IMG/VR virus record: IMGVR_UViG_3300025387_000012
Span: 64,001-128,000 of that record
Length of the DNA stretch: 64,000 nucleotides
Direction: 5' to 3' (one strand)
Source: a virus
Taxonomy: Duplodnaviria > Heunggongvirae > Uroviricota > Caudoviricetes
Of the stretch, positions 37,252 through 46,664 are shown one piece after another. A program made the translations under genes and the position numbers. Position 1 is the first letter of the stretch; each line of letters starts with the position of its first letter. Below the pieces are notes generated by a model. That model saw nothing but the letters and a program-made list of their open reading frames with translations, made no database searches and was not told the DNA's origin.

Positions 37252-37844
37252 TGCGCTACATCGTAGGACTTTCTGGAACTCACGGCACCGGCAAGACGAC
37301 CATCATGAATGGCGTCAAGGATGCCGGGTTCTCTGTTGCTGAGGCTCAGCTCTCTAGGTCTGCTCAAGCCCAGCTTGGGTGGGACACTCTCAAGCGGGTT
37401 GAGGAAAGCGAAGAGAACATGTGGGCTCTCCAGAACGCCATCCTCGATGCCCTGATTGTCAGGGATGCTTCGATTGAACAATCACAGGATGTTACTCTCG
37501 TAGAGAGAACTCCTGCTGATCTTTGGGCCTACACCGAAACCTGGTGCTTCCGTCTAGGCATCAACCCAGTCTTCAATCCAAAGGCCGTCGCGTACAAGGA
37601 TCGTCTTCGTGAAGCGTGTAAGCGCTACGATCTGTTTGTTGTGGTAAAGCCGCACGAGAACATTCCCTTCGTCGAAGAACCCAACCGTGCCGACCTCGCA
37701 AGTCGTAAGCAGGTCGAGAGGGCAATCGATGCCTTCACCTGGGACACGATGATCCCCACCATGCCAATCAACACCGTCAGTAAGGATGATCGGATCGCAG
37801 AAGCGGTACGTATCATGCAGTGGCGTACCGAACTCAAAGCCTAA
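37251..37844 (+). CDS. P-loop NTPase / nucleotide kinase-like (AAA_28-like)
   Basis: GLSGTHGTGKTT Walker A, VERTPAD, YDLFVVV. Confidence 0.75.
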   Translation: MRYIVGLSGTHGTGKTTIMNGVKDAGFSVAEAQLSRSAQAQLGWDTLKRVEESEENMWALQNAILDALIVRDASIEQSQDVTLVERTPADLWAYTETWCFRLGINPVFNPKAVAYKDRLREACKRYDLFVVVKPHENIPFVEEPNRADLASRKQVERAIDAFTWDTMIPTMPINTVSKDDRIAEAVRIMQWRTELKA

Positions 37845-37853
37845 GAGGAACAC

Positions 37854-38483
37854 ATGGCAAAGAAGCCCTACCAACAACCGCAAAAGTATGGCCTGTGCAT
37901 TGACTGGGAAACCAGTGGTGCGACTTGGGGCGGAGACAGCTCGAAGGACTTCCAAGGTCTGACCTTTGGCGCAATCATCTTCGAGACAGAGAACTTCACC
38001 GCGATCGAAGAGCTCTACGTGGAGATCAAGTACGATCCCAAGTGGGGCTGGTCCGAGGAAGCTGAACGCATTCACGGCAAGAGCCGTGAGTATCTTGAAG
38101 AGCACGGCGTTACCCAAGAAGAAGCTGCTACCGCACTGCTTGAGCTGATCCTCAAGTACTTCGGGCCGGACAGCAAGGTGATGTTCATGGGCCACAACGC
38201 CGAGTTCGATCGCCGCTTCACCAACCAGCTGCTTAACACGGTCGAGTTCGAGTTCTCTGTCGAGCGTGAAAATCCAGACTTCGCGCAAATCCAGCTGCAC
38301 CACGTCGTGCTTGACACGTCGCCCATCGGCTTCGTAACCCTGGGTCTCTACAAGTCGGACCTTCTGTTTGAGAAGATCGGGTATGACGCTCGTGGAGCTC
38401 ACAACGCTCTTGACGATGCTCGCATGACCCTCGGCTCGGCAGCAGCTATTCGTCAGATGATGAAGATCGCCCTGGGGGAATAA
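37854..38483 (+). CDS. DEDDh 3'-5' exonuclease
   Basis: IDWET, GHNAEFD, HNALDDA. Confidence 0.88.
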   Translation: MAKKPYQQPQKYGLCIDWETSGATWGGDSSKDFQGLTFGAIIFETENFTAIEELYVEIKYDPKWGWSEEAERIHGKSREYLEEHGVTQEEAATALLELILKYFGPDSKVMFMGHNAEFDRRFTNQLLNTVEFEFSVERENPDFAQIQLHHVVLDTSPIGFVTLGLYKSDLLFEKIGYDARGAHNALDDARMTLGSAAAIRQMMKIALGE

Positions 38484-38674
38484 TGGGCACGTTTGTTTTT
38501 GAAGGCACAGAGGTCCGAAAGACGGGCCGCGAAGCCACTAGAGAGGTAGGAACCGGAGCCCGCAGCAGAAAGCTGCTGCTCGTAGAGATAACCCCGGTTG
38601 ATACCTCGTTTGACTGGAAGAAGTGGGTGGATCCATCCATGCTCTTCATAGTCCAACCAAAGGAAGACACATGA
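38483..38674 (+). CDS. small hypothetical protein
   Basis: TAATG-coupled start, 63 aa. Confidence 0.6.
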   Translation: MGTFVFEGTEVRKTGREATREVGTGARSRKLLLVEITPVDTSFDWKKWVDPSMLFIVQPKEDT

Positions 38675-38910
38675 ACCGTTACTACCAGGTCTCTAACTTT
38701 CAGCTCTTCATTATGGCGTTGCTGATAGGCATAATCGCGGGTGCTCTGATCATCATAAATATCAGAGTTAGCGAGTACCTTCAGCTTCCTATGGTGACGA
38801 TGTCATCTGACGGTAAGTGTGCCGCGGTCGCTAACTACAGGAACGGAGAGGCCTTCACGTGCAATGACGTGGGCACCGTGCTTCGCAGTTATCGGGTCAA
38901 AAAGAACTAA
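38671..38910 (+). CDS. small membrane-anchored protein
   Basis: SD AAGGAA before ATG 38671, N-terminal hydrophobic helix. Confidence 0.65.
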   Translation: MNRYYQVSNFQLFIMALLIGIIAGALIIINIRVSEYLQLPMVTMSSDGKCAAVANYRNGEAFTCNDVGTVLRSYRVKKN

Positions 38911-40089
38911 ATGACAACCTACATCACGTACCAATGCTCAGTCTGCCGTCGCACTAAGGACATCGCACAGGACAACGTCCGTGCTCTGCCAAACCAGTGC
39001 ATCATCACGAAGGGCTGTAGCGGTTCGCTCTACAAGATCGGTGAAACGCTCATCCCCGAGACAGTCGCACCGGTTTCAGGGCTGACAGATTGGTACGCGC
39101 GTGGTAAGAAGCCGACCTACACCCCAGTAACCCCAGCCGAAAGCCTAGTGTCTCTAACATGTTCTGCTTCGGGGGTTGTCACTCTCGCGATGTTCCTTAC
39201 TGAGGCCGAAGCTCTTGCAAATCCGACCGTCAACGTCTCGTTCAAGCAGCGTCTATCTGCGGACACCCCATTCACGGAGTACGTGTACAATCTGCAGACG
39301 TCAACGCAGATTATTTCGGGAAAAGATGCTAACGGAAAGAACCTACGGTTCGACCAAGCGGCGATCGATGAGGGTCGAGTCCTAGTTCTGGTTAATGGCG
39401 TAGCGCGTCAAGCCGGAACCGGTGCTAACGACTATGCCATCGTTCCTAACACGATCACGTTCAACACCGCGCTTGCCGCTGGATCCATCGTTGAGGTGTC
39501 CGTGTTTAGCGTGGCTCCAACCCAGCTTGTCTCGCTTTCATTCGTCGCCAACTATTCATTCCTTGTCACCACAAACTCAGGCGCATGGGGTAACGTTCGT
39601 TGGGTCGATGAGTACGATCAAACGACGGGCCTTCTTAAGTCCGTTCAGCCAGGCAACAAGAAGTGGTGGATCTATTCCTGCACCTCGCTTGCCAGCCTTT
39701 CAACGGCTTCTCAGCTGCTCCTCACGGCGATAGTAAACTCTACAAGCACCACCGAGCTGATGCCGGGAACCCTTGGTGATCTGGCTGACGCGCGATTCCT
39801 TCTATCAGCATCTCCGCATGACAACACCGATCGCTATCTGAACTTCTATGTTGACGCACAGATCCTCGCTGATGGGTTCTACGCTCAGTCGATTGTGACA
39901 ACCATTCCTGAGCTTTACGCTGACTCCTCAGCCCTCGTGGACATCTTCCCACCATTCCAGCTGATCAGTGCAACTCCACTCTCTAGCTCCTCGTTTGTGA
40001 CGGCTGACACCTACTCAACAACCGATTACGTTTCATCCGACACCCCTGAAGCTCGTCTCACTGGCACCAAGATCATAGGCCCCGTATGA
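38911..40089 (+). CDS. probable virion structural protein with N-terminal Cys motif
   Basis: YQCSVC...QCIITKGC, then a T/S/V-rich beta region with VLVNGVARQ...DYAI repeat-type motif. Confidence 0.6.
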   Translation: MTTYITYQCSVCRRTKDIAQDNVRALPNQCIITKGCSGSLYKIGETLIPETVAPVSGLTDWYARGKKPTYTPVTPAESLVSLTCSASGVVTLAMFLTEAEALANPTVNVSFKQRLSADTPFTEYVYNLQTSTQIISGKDANGKNLRFDQAAIDEGRVLVLVNGVARQAGTGANDYAIVPNTITFNTALAAGSIVEVSVFSVAPTQLVSLSFVANYSFLVTTNSGAWGNVRWVDEYDQTTGLLKSVQPGNKKWWIYSCTSLASLSTASQLLLTAIVNSTSTTELMPGTLGDLADARFLLSASPHDNTDRYLNFYVDAQILADGFYAQSIVTTIPELYADSSALVDIFPPFQLISATPLSSSSFVTADTYSTTDYVSSDTPEARLTGTKIIGPV

Positions 40090-40625
40090 TATCCGACAAA
40101 CAACTACCGAGCTTCTACATCGTTGAAGCAACTGGTGGTGCTGTCAGTGCAATCATCCCCGGCAATCTCGGGATTGAAAGCATCACCGTTGGATCGGCCG
40201 ATTTTCCAAATGATATGCTCGCTCTAGGCGGTCTTGAGAGCGCGATGACTTATGTTACCGACCGGCTTACTGTTCCCGTGGAAGAGAAGAAAGACTTCAA
40301 CCCTGAGTTCTTTCCAACACTTCAGCCAGTAAAGCTGTCGCATAAGCAGAAGCTTGAAAAAGAAATGCTCGACGAACATATCGAGCAGCTTCAGGCAACT
40401 CTCTCGAAGGAAGGCAAGGTCGCCATCCCTATCACCAAGAGGTTTGACGAGCTTGGTGATTTTGTGCAGACCCGCTGGACGGTCCAGGGCGAGAACCTTC
40501 TGATTACGGCTCGCCTCATTGCCAATCCTCATGCGTACATGAAGGAAAAGGAACGTGAGATCACTGAGCCCATGAACAAGATGGGTCCAGTCGGACAGAC
40601 CACACCCAAGATCACGGTGCACTGA
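40086..40625 (+). CDS. hypothetical protein
   Basis: 179 aa, coupled. Confidence 0.65.
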   Translation: MISDKQLPSFYIVEATGGAVSAIIPGNLGIESITVGSADFPNDMLALGGLESAMTYVTDRLTVPVEEKKDFNPEFFPTLQPVKLSHKQKLEKEMLDEHIEQLQATLSKEGKVAIPITKRFDELGDFVQTRWTVQGENLLITARLIANPHAYMKEKEREITEPMNKMGPVGQTTPKITVH

Positions 40626-41038
40626 TGTCAGCCAACTTTACCTACAGCATCAAGGTTGAAGAGGGAGCTGCAGTTCTTAAGACAGGAGAGTTCTCTGCTT
40701 TTAAGAACGCCAAGGAAGTCCTTATCGCCTCTACTAAGTTCTCCACGTACGAGGAATGCGAGAGGGCAATGAGCGGTGTCATGTCGTTTCTCAGCTTCCA
40801 CGAAGCGAAATCGGCTGGCCGTGATCACGTGATCGTGAGCAAGCTGAACCCCATCATCGACGAGAACGCCAACAAGGCTGAGCCTAACACCTGGGACAAG
40901 CACACCATCCTTCGCGCCTACGTTGCAGATGCGGAGAGTCTCAAGGGGGCGAAACTTCTCTACACCGTCCAAGGACACATCCACGTGGATAAGGAACTGC
41001 TGGGCATTCAAGCCCGTGAAGTTCCTCCTACATCGTGA
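40625..41038 (+). CDS. hypothetical protein
   Basis: 137 aa, TGATG-coupled. Confidence 0.65.
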   Translation: MSANFTYSIKVEEGAAVLKTGEFSAFKNAKEVLIASTKFSTYEECERAMSGVMSFLSFHEAKSAGRDHVIVSKLNPIIDENANKAEPNTWDKHTILRAYVADAESLKGAKLLYTVQGHIHVDKELLGIQAREVPPTS

Positions 41039-41045
41039 ATGACAG

Positions 41046-41074
41046 TTTACACTTGCGCGAAAGCGTGATAGAAT
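41046..41074 (+). promoter_or_regulatory. sigma70-like promoter upstream of dsbA/polymerase
   Basis: TTTACA-N17-TAGAAT. Confidence 0.8.
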
Positions 41075-41111
41075 ATCAACTCTAATCCAAAAATCTATCT
41101 AGGAGAACAAG

Positions 41112-41420
41112 ATGGCTAAGAACACGCTACCTGTTGTGGGGAAGCAGTTTGTTGATGTCGCCGACATCCTGAACAATCCTTCGCAGCGCAGCAAGCTGCA
41201 GAACTATATCGACGAAGTGGTCCGCTGCAAGCAGAAGATCCTCGACGAAAACGAAAGCATCAAGGGTCTCCGTGACTCGGCTGTCGAAGAACTGAACATT
41301 CAGCCGAAGATGTTCAACTCCCTCGTCTCCCTGTTCTTCAATAACAACTTCGAACAAAAGCGCGAAGAGCTCGAGCAACTCGAGAACGCAATCGACGCTA
41401 TCATGCAGACTGACGATTAA
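41112..41420 (+). CDS. dsbA: T4 DsbA-like double-stranded DNA-binding protein
   Basis: IKGLRDSAVEELNIQPKMFNSLVSLF parallels the T4 DsbA pattern (A.DELG...KMFN.L..LY). SD AGGAG. Confidence 0.7.
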   Translation: MAKNTLPVVGKQFVDVADILNNPSQRSKLQNYIDEVVRCKQKILDENESIKGLRDSAVEELNIQPKMFNSLVSLFFNNNFEQKREELEQLENAIDAIMQTDD

Positions 41421-41528
41421 GTCCTCCATCCAACTGGTTGATGTGGCTCCTGGGTTGCCTAAATATCCGTGCAACACAGAGAGAAAGCACCAACATGGGG
41501 TTGGTATGACAGGAGGGCTGCGTAAGGC

Positions 41529-43751
41529 ATGACGACAGATCAAGACAGAAACTACGTGGCGGCGTGGGTTGATTATGCTGCGGACAAGATTGTGGTTCTC
41601 GAAAGGGACTCGCAGGGCTCGTTGTTCCGCAAGCGCTACAACCCACCCTACTACTTCTATGTCCCTGATGAGGAAGGTACCTACACCTCGATCTTCGGGG
41701 ACAAGCTCGTGCGCGCTGAGTTTGACAGTCGCGAGCAGTATGACTATGCGCAGCGTCACTTTCCTATCAAGTTTGAAAGCGACATCCCGCCTCTAAAGCG
41801 GGTGCTGATGGACAACTACTATGGGCGTCCAGCTCCCCCAGTAAACTTCGCCCTCCTCGACATCGAGGTCGACTACGCCCAAAAGATCGGCTTCGCTGGT
41901 CCAACCAATCCATATGCGCCAATCAATGGCGTCACGGTCTACCAATCGTGGACCAAGAAGTACAAGACCGCGGTGGTTCCTCCTAAAGGATGGACTGGAA
42001 CTTCTGAAGACCTCGTCAACAAGATTAACGAGCTAGTGAAGTTCAAGGGTAACACCCCAGAGGTTCACATCTGCCGCGATGAGCTAGAGCTTCTCGTGCT
42101 CATGCTGGAATGGATCCAGGAAGCGGACATCATCTCCGGCTGGAACTCCGAGTTCTTCGACATCCCTTATATTTGTGAACGTCTCCTTCTTGCCGGTGGT
42201 GAGCCAATGCTCCGCAAGATGGAGCACGTCGGTGTTAAGCCTCCTAAGAAAGAAATGGTGAACCGCTTTGGTTCAGAAGAACCAATCTACAAGTTCACTG
42301 GCCGATGCCACCTTGACTACATGCGTCTCTTCCAGAAGTTTACCTTTGAAGGTCGCGTGTCCTACTCACTTGGCAACATCCTTCAAGAAGAGGTTGGCGT
42401 TGGTAAGCTTGAGTACGATGGAACACTTGAGCAGCTTTACCACAACGACTTTCCTACCTTCGTCGCGTACAACTTCCGAGACGTTGAAGGTCTGGTTCAG
42501 CTAGACGAAAAGTTCAGGTTCATCGCGCTCGCGAACCAGATGGCCCATGAAAACACCGTGGGCTTTGAGGCGGTGCTTGGCACCGTGGCCTACGTGGAAA
42601 CGGGCATCACGAACCACGCGCACTACAAGCTCAACAAGATCGTTCATGACAAGACCATCGGCCACAATGAGAAGGTCGAGGGTGCCATCGTTATGACCCC
42701 GAAGATCGGTCTGCACAAGTGGATCGGTTCGGTTGACATTAACTCTCTGTACCCCAACACCATCCGATCCCTGAATATCTCACCAGAGATGATCGTAGGT
42801 CAGTTCACTTCGAACGAAGAAGCATGGGCTGAAATCCGAAAGGGCAGCGATGTTCGTCTCACTCTGATCCTTGAGAGCGGTGAGCAGCACGTTGCCGAAG
42901 CCAAGGACTGGAAGGCGGTCCTCAAGGAACAGAAATGGGCCATCTCCGCATATGGCACCGTCTTTGACCAAGGCAAGGGCAAGGGTGTCGTTGCTGACAT
43001 CCTCGGGTTCTGGTACGCAGAGCGCAAGCGTCTTCAAGCTGAAAAGAAGAAGTACGCCAAGCTTGCCAAGGATGAAAAAGATCCGATCAAGAAGGCCGAG
43101 TACAAGATTCAGGAAGATCACTACGATCTGCTGCAGCTGACCAAGAAAATCTCGATGAACTCTCTGTATGGCGCCCTCCTCAATGTCGCCTTCCGTTTCG
43201 GCGATGAGCGCATGGGTGCTTCGGTTACCGCAACTGGACGTGCAATCACGACGCACATGGTCGAGACGATTGACGAGCTCCTAACTGGAACCCGCAATCC
43301 TCTCATCAAGACCACGACGACGGACAAGGATGGCAAGCTAGTCCATGAATACCATTCTATCTCTGACGCGATCATCTATGGGGATACAGACTCAGTTGAC
43401 CCGCTAACTGTTGTGAGTACTTCAGTTGGAAATCTTACAGTTCAGGAGCTTTTCGATTCTTTACCAATTAAACATCAAACAAATACAGGTAAAGAATTTG
43501 CTGAAGCAGATGGTATTGGATTCTGTGCCCTTGGATTTAAGGGTGAAACACCTAAACTGCTAAAAGTAAAATCAGTGTATCGACATAAGACACCAAAGCG
43601 CCGCTTTAAGATAGAGCTGGAGAATGGTAAATGGGTAATAATTACGGAAGACCATTCTCTTATGATCAAGCGCGATGGAAAACTGTTAGAAGTAAAGCCG
43701 GTGGACATAAATAGAGATACCGATGTCTGTATCTCCGTACTGGAACTTTAA
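41529..43751 (+). CDS. polB: family B DNA polymerase N-extein (621 aa) fused to split-intein N-fragment (119 aa)
   Basis: Exo I LDIEVD, Exo II GWNSEFFDIPY, Exo III YNFRDV, motif A SVDINSLYPN, motif B KISMNSLYG, motif C YGDTD, then intein SVDPLT and ITEDHSL. Confidence 0.95.
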   Translation: MTTDQDRNYVAAWVDYAADKIVVLERDSQGSLFRKRYNPPYYFYVPDEEGTYTSIFGDKLVRAEFDSREQYDYAQRHFPIKFESDIPPLKRVLMDNYYGRPAPPVNFALLDIEVDYAQKIGFAGPTNPYAPINGVTVYQSWTKKYKTAVVPPKGWTGTSEDLVNKINELVKFKGNTPEVHICRDELELLVLMLEWIQEADIISGWNSEFFDIPYICERLLLAGGEPMLRKMEHVGVKPPKKEMVNRFGSEEPIYKFTGRCHLDYMRLFQKFTFEGRVSYSLGNILQEEVGVGKLEYDGTLEQLYHNDFPTFVAYNFRDVEGLVQLDEKFRFIALANQMAHENTVGFEAVLGTVAYVETGITNHAHYKLNKIVHDKTIGHNEKVEGAIVMTPKIGLHKWIGSVDINSLYPNTIRSLNISPEMIVGQFTSNEEAWAEIRKGSDVRLTLILESGEQHVAEAKDWKAVLKEQKWAISAYGTVFDQGKGKGVVADILGFWYAERKRLQAEKKKYAKLAKDEKDPIKKAEYKIQEDHYDLLQLTKKISMNSLYGALLNVAFRFGDERMGASVTATGRAITTHMVETIDELLTGTRNPLIKTTTTDKDGKLVHEYHSISDAIIYGDTDSVDPLTVVSTSVGNLTVQELFDSLPIKHQTNTGKEFAEADGIGFCALGFKGETPKLLKVKSVYRHKTPKRRFKIELENGKWVIITEDHSLMIKRDGKLLEVKPVDINRDTDVCISVLEL
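43392..43748 (+). mobile_element. split intein N-fragment of PolB (Ser1)
   Basis: Starts with Ser after YGDTD, has the TxDH block B, ends at a stop with no HN. Confidence 0.9.
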
Positions 43752-44723
43752 ATGATTACCTGTCAAGAGTGTGGGAAGGAAGTTAATGTAATTACTCATA
43801 CGCACTTGAAATTTTCATGCTCTGGAAATCTTTCGACTTTGAAAAGTTATAAAGAAAAGTGGCCAGAAGCAGAAACTCACAGCGCGGAGGTCAGATCTTC
43901 TTGCTCTGTCACGCTTGAGCGGATGATAGAAAATTACGGTCAGGAAGAAGGGACACTCCGCTATAAGGAATATTGTGAAAAACTTTCAAGAAAGAATAGC
44001 TTAGAAAGCTTTCTAGCTAAGGGAAAATCCGAGGAAGATTGGAAAAAGTATAATAGTTCTAGAGCTGTCACCCTTGAGAACCTTATCGCAAAGTATGGTA
44101 CTGAAAAAGGAACCCAGGCATTTAACTCCTACCGGGAAAAACAGAGACGCGCAGGAAATTCGTTAGATTGGTTTGTGGAAAAATATGGGCTAGAAGAAGG
44201 TCATTCTAAATACGCCCAGGTATGTAAGCAGAAGGGGATAACACTTGAAAATCTAACTAGAAAATATGGTGAAGCCGAGGGCTTTAAGCGCTACCATGCA
44301 TTCCTTGACAAGACTAAAGGTAATTACGTTTCACTCTCTGGAAGTAGTTTTATTCGTGATTTGGTTTCAGTTCTTCCAAGCGATGTTATTTTTCACGATG
44401 GGGTTTTTTCTAAAGAGTTCTGTATTTACGATGAACGGGCATTTTTGTTTGATTTTGTCATAACTTATCCTTGGAAGCTGATAGTCGAATTCAACGGGGA
44501 CTTTTGGCATGCTAATCCGGCGCATTATAGCGCTGATCATATTGTAAATCTCCGTGGAGGTGCAGTAAAAGCATCCGCAATCTGGGAAAAAGACGCTAAA
44601 AAGCGGGAAGCTGCAGAAAAAAGAGGCTTTAAAGTTTTTGTGGTGTGGGAAAATGAGTATATTAAATCTAGAGAAGCTACGATTGCTAAGGTGATGGAAT
44701 GGATTTCTCAGAACAGCGAATAG
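43752..44723 (+). CDS. Vsr-like / PD-(D/E)XK homing endonuclease between the PolB intein halves (sense)
   Basis: N-terminal CQECG zinc-finger-like motif, five repeats (TL/SL...KYG.EEG), FDFVI...VEFNGDFWHANP...VVWE. AT-rich. Confidence 0.85.
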   Translation: MITCQECGKEVNVITHTHLKFSCSGNLSTLKSYKEKWPEAETHSAEVRSSCSVTLERMIENYGQEEGTLRYKEYCEKLSRKNSLESFLAKGKSEEDWKKYNSSRAVTLENLIAKYGTEKGTQAFNSYREKQRRAGNSLDWFVEKYGLEEGHSKYAQVCKQKGITLENLTRKYGEAEGFKRYHAFLDKTKGNYVSLSGSSFIRDLVSVLPSDVIFHDGVFSKEFCIYDERAFLFDFVITYPWKLIVEFNGDFWHANPAHYSADHIVNLRGGAVKASAIWEKDAKKREAAEKRGFKVFVVWENEYIKSREATIAKVMEWISQNSE

Positions 44724-44827
44724 TCTCAATTGAGGAAATTCCTCCTACAGATGGATACGTCTATGATTTGATCATGGAAGATTCTTCAGCACCTTATTTT
44801 TTCGCAAATGGCATACTAGCACATAAC
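44699..44827 (+). mobile_element. split intein C-fragment of PolB
   Basis: Block F YDL, block G FFANGILAHN, +1 Ser at 44828. Confidence 0.9.
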
Positions 44828-45652
44828 TCTTGCTACTATAAGTGTCTAGGGGCAACCAACAAGGAAGAGGCGATCGAGATTGCCGACCTTGCTGCAGAAG
44901 GCGTCAACAACTCGTTCCCATCCTTCATGCGAGAGGCCTTCAACTGTCAACCAGAGTTTGACACGCTGATCGCGGCTGGACGAGAAGTCGTGGGTGTTCG
45001 CGGTTTGTTCCAAGCCAAAAAGAAGTACATGATCAAGGTCGTCGATCTTGAAGGCTTTGCTGTTGACAAGATGAAGACGCAAGGATCCGAGATCAAGAAG
45101 GCTGATACGCCAAAGATCATTCAGACCTTCCTCAAGGAGACCGTCGACATGATCCTTGATGGTGTCGAATATGAGGAGGTCGCGACCTACGTCAATGAAC
45201 AGCGCAAGCACATCCTCAAGAAGAAAGAAAACGTGTTCCTACTGGGGGTTGCTAAGCAGGTAAATAACCTTGACAAGTATGCAGCCGAGTACGCCAATCC
45301 AGGTACCATCCGTACCGAGAAAGGTGGGACACTGACCATCCCAGGTCATGCTCGTGCAGCATGCAACTACAACTTCCTACTGGACATCTACGACAAGGGT
45401 GCCAAGACCATTCGATCGGGTGACAAGGTGCTGGTCTTCTATGTGAAGCCAAACCAGTTCAAGTTCGATGCAGTCGCGTTCCCTGCCGAGTTCACCCGCT
45501 TCCCTAAGTGGTTCGAGGAAAACTTCTCGGTAGATGTCAAGCAGACAGAAGCAAAAATGTTTGACAACAAGCTCAAGGGCATCTTCTCCGCACTCGGTAA
45601 AGACATCCCATCACCGCAGTCGGTGCTCACAAATAATATTCTTTCCTTCTAA
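44699..45652 (+). CDS. polB: split-intein C-fragment (43 aa) fused to PolB C-extein
   Basis: YVYDLIM...YFFANGILAHN/S, then SCYY (restoring YGDTDSCYY), AKKKY, KTQGSEIKKADTP. Confidence 0.93.
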   Translation: MDFSEQRIVSIEEIPPTDGYVYDLIMEDSSAPYFFANGILAHNSCYYKCLGATNKEEAIEIADLAAEGVNNSFPSFMREAFNCQPEFDTLIAAGREVVGVRGLFQAKKKYMIKVVDLEGFAVDKMKTQGSEIKKADTPKIIQTFLKETVDMILDGVEYEEVATYVNEQRKHILKKKENVFLLGVAKQVNNLDKYAAEYANPGTIRTEKGGTLTIPGHARAACNYNFLLDIYDKGAKTIRSGDKVLVFYVKPNQFKFDAVAFPAEFTRFPKWFEENFSVDVKQTEAKMFDNKLKGIFSALGKDIPSPQSVLTNNILSF

Positions 45653-45714
45653 TACTCCAGAATATAGATAGACAGAACTATAAATACCTGTAAATCAACG
45701 CAGAGTATTTCAAA

Positions 45715-46455
45715 ATGAAAGCACGACCTTATGTCTACAAACTTACTCATAGAGAAACTGGAGAATACTATCTTGGGTATCGTGAAGCAAATACGGTGCA
45801 TGCACACCAAGACTTAGGAGTTGTCTATTTTTCTTCTGGCGCAATCACAAAGAAACACTTTGATGACTTCTTACCAGAGATCATTGCCGAGTTCGATACT
45901 GGTGATGAAGCGTATGATTTTGAGCAAAAGATTATTCGCGAGAATAGAAAAGATGTCCTCCTATTGAATAGGAGATATGACAATGGAGACGGGCTCAGAT
46001 TTGTTTGGAGAGGACCCCACACGGAAGAAACGCGGAGAAATATCTCTGCTTCACTGACGGGAAGACGATACACGCTATCAGACGATGTCAAGAAAAGAAT
46101 GAGCGAAGCAGCAAAGAAAAGACCTCATCCAAGTGATGAGACACGGAAAAAGTTAAGAGATGCATCTTTAGGTAGAAAGCACTCTGAAGAAACAAAAGCA
46201 AAGATAGCGGCATCACATGCTGGAAGGGAGTATCCCACCCCTTCCCTCGAAACAAAGCAGAAGATGTCTGAAGGTCAAAAGAAAACTTGGACCGATGAAA
46301 AGAGGAAACACCGCTCAGAACTAAACGCTAATAGATCTGAGGAAACAAGAAAGAAACTCTCAGAATCTAACAAAGGCAAAAAGCGCTCTGAAGAAACAAA
46401 AAGAAGAATGAGCGAAGCAGCGAAAAGAAGACATGCAACTAAACAAGGAGGTTGA
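45715..46455 (+). CDS. free-standing GIY-YIG-like homing endonuclease with NUMOD3 repeats
   Basis: PYVYKL...YYLGYRE, AYDFEQK, LLN. Many HxEETRKK / HSEETKAK / RSEETKRRMSEAAK repeats. CTATAAATA at 45678-45686. Confidence 0.85.
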   Translation: MKARPYVYKLTHRETGEYYLGYREANTVHAHQDLGVVYFSSGAITKKHFDDFLPEIIAEFDTGDEAYDFEQKIIRENRKDVLLLNRRYDNGDGLRFVWRGPHTEETRRNISASLTGRRYTLSDDVKKRMSEAAKKRPHPSDETRKKLRDASLGRKHSEETKAKIAASHAGREYPTPSLETKQKMSEGQKKTWTDEKRKHRSELNANRSEETRKKLSESNKGKKRSEETKRRMSEAAKRRHATKQGG

Positions 46456-46663
46456 TGTGAAGAAGGCAAAAATGAAGCGCACCGTTTTGGGGTTGGTTGA
46501 CCGCACCAGAAAACAGCCTCAAAGCACGTCGTGCAGTCTTGTGAAAGGCGATGAAGTTACTGTTCTATCTGATTTTGGGGATGGAAGAATTCTTGTGACC
46601 CTTGACCCTAATTTACCAGAGCGCCGGGAGTTCAACATCAGCATAGAAGACGTGGAGTTTTGA
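46433..46663 (+). CDS. small SH3-like hypothetical protein (start uncertain)
   Basis: LVKGDEVTVLSDFGDGRILV pattern; abuts the next gene. Confidence 0.5.
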   Translation: MQLNKEVDVKKAKMKRTVLGLVDRTRKQPQSTSCSLVKGDEVTVLSDFGDGRILVTLDPNLPERREFNISIEDVEF

Positions 46664-46664
46664 C

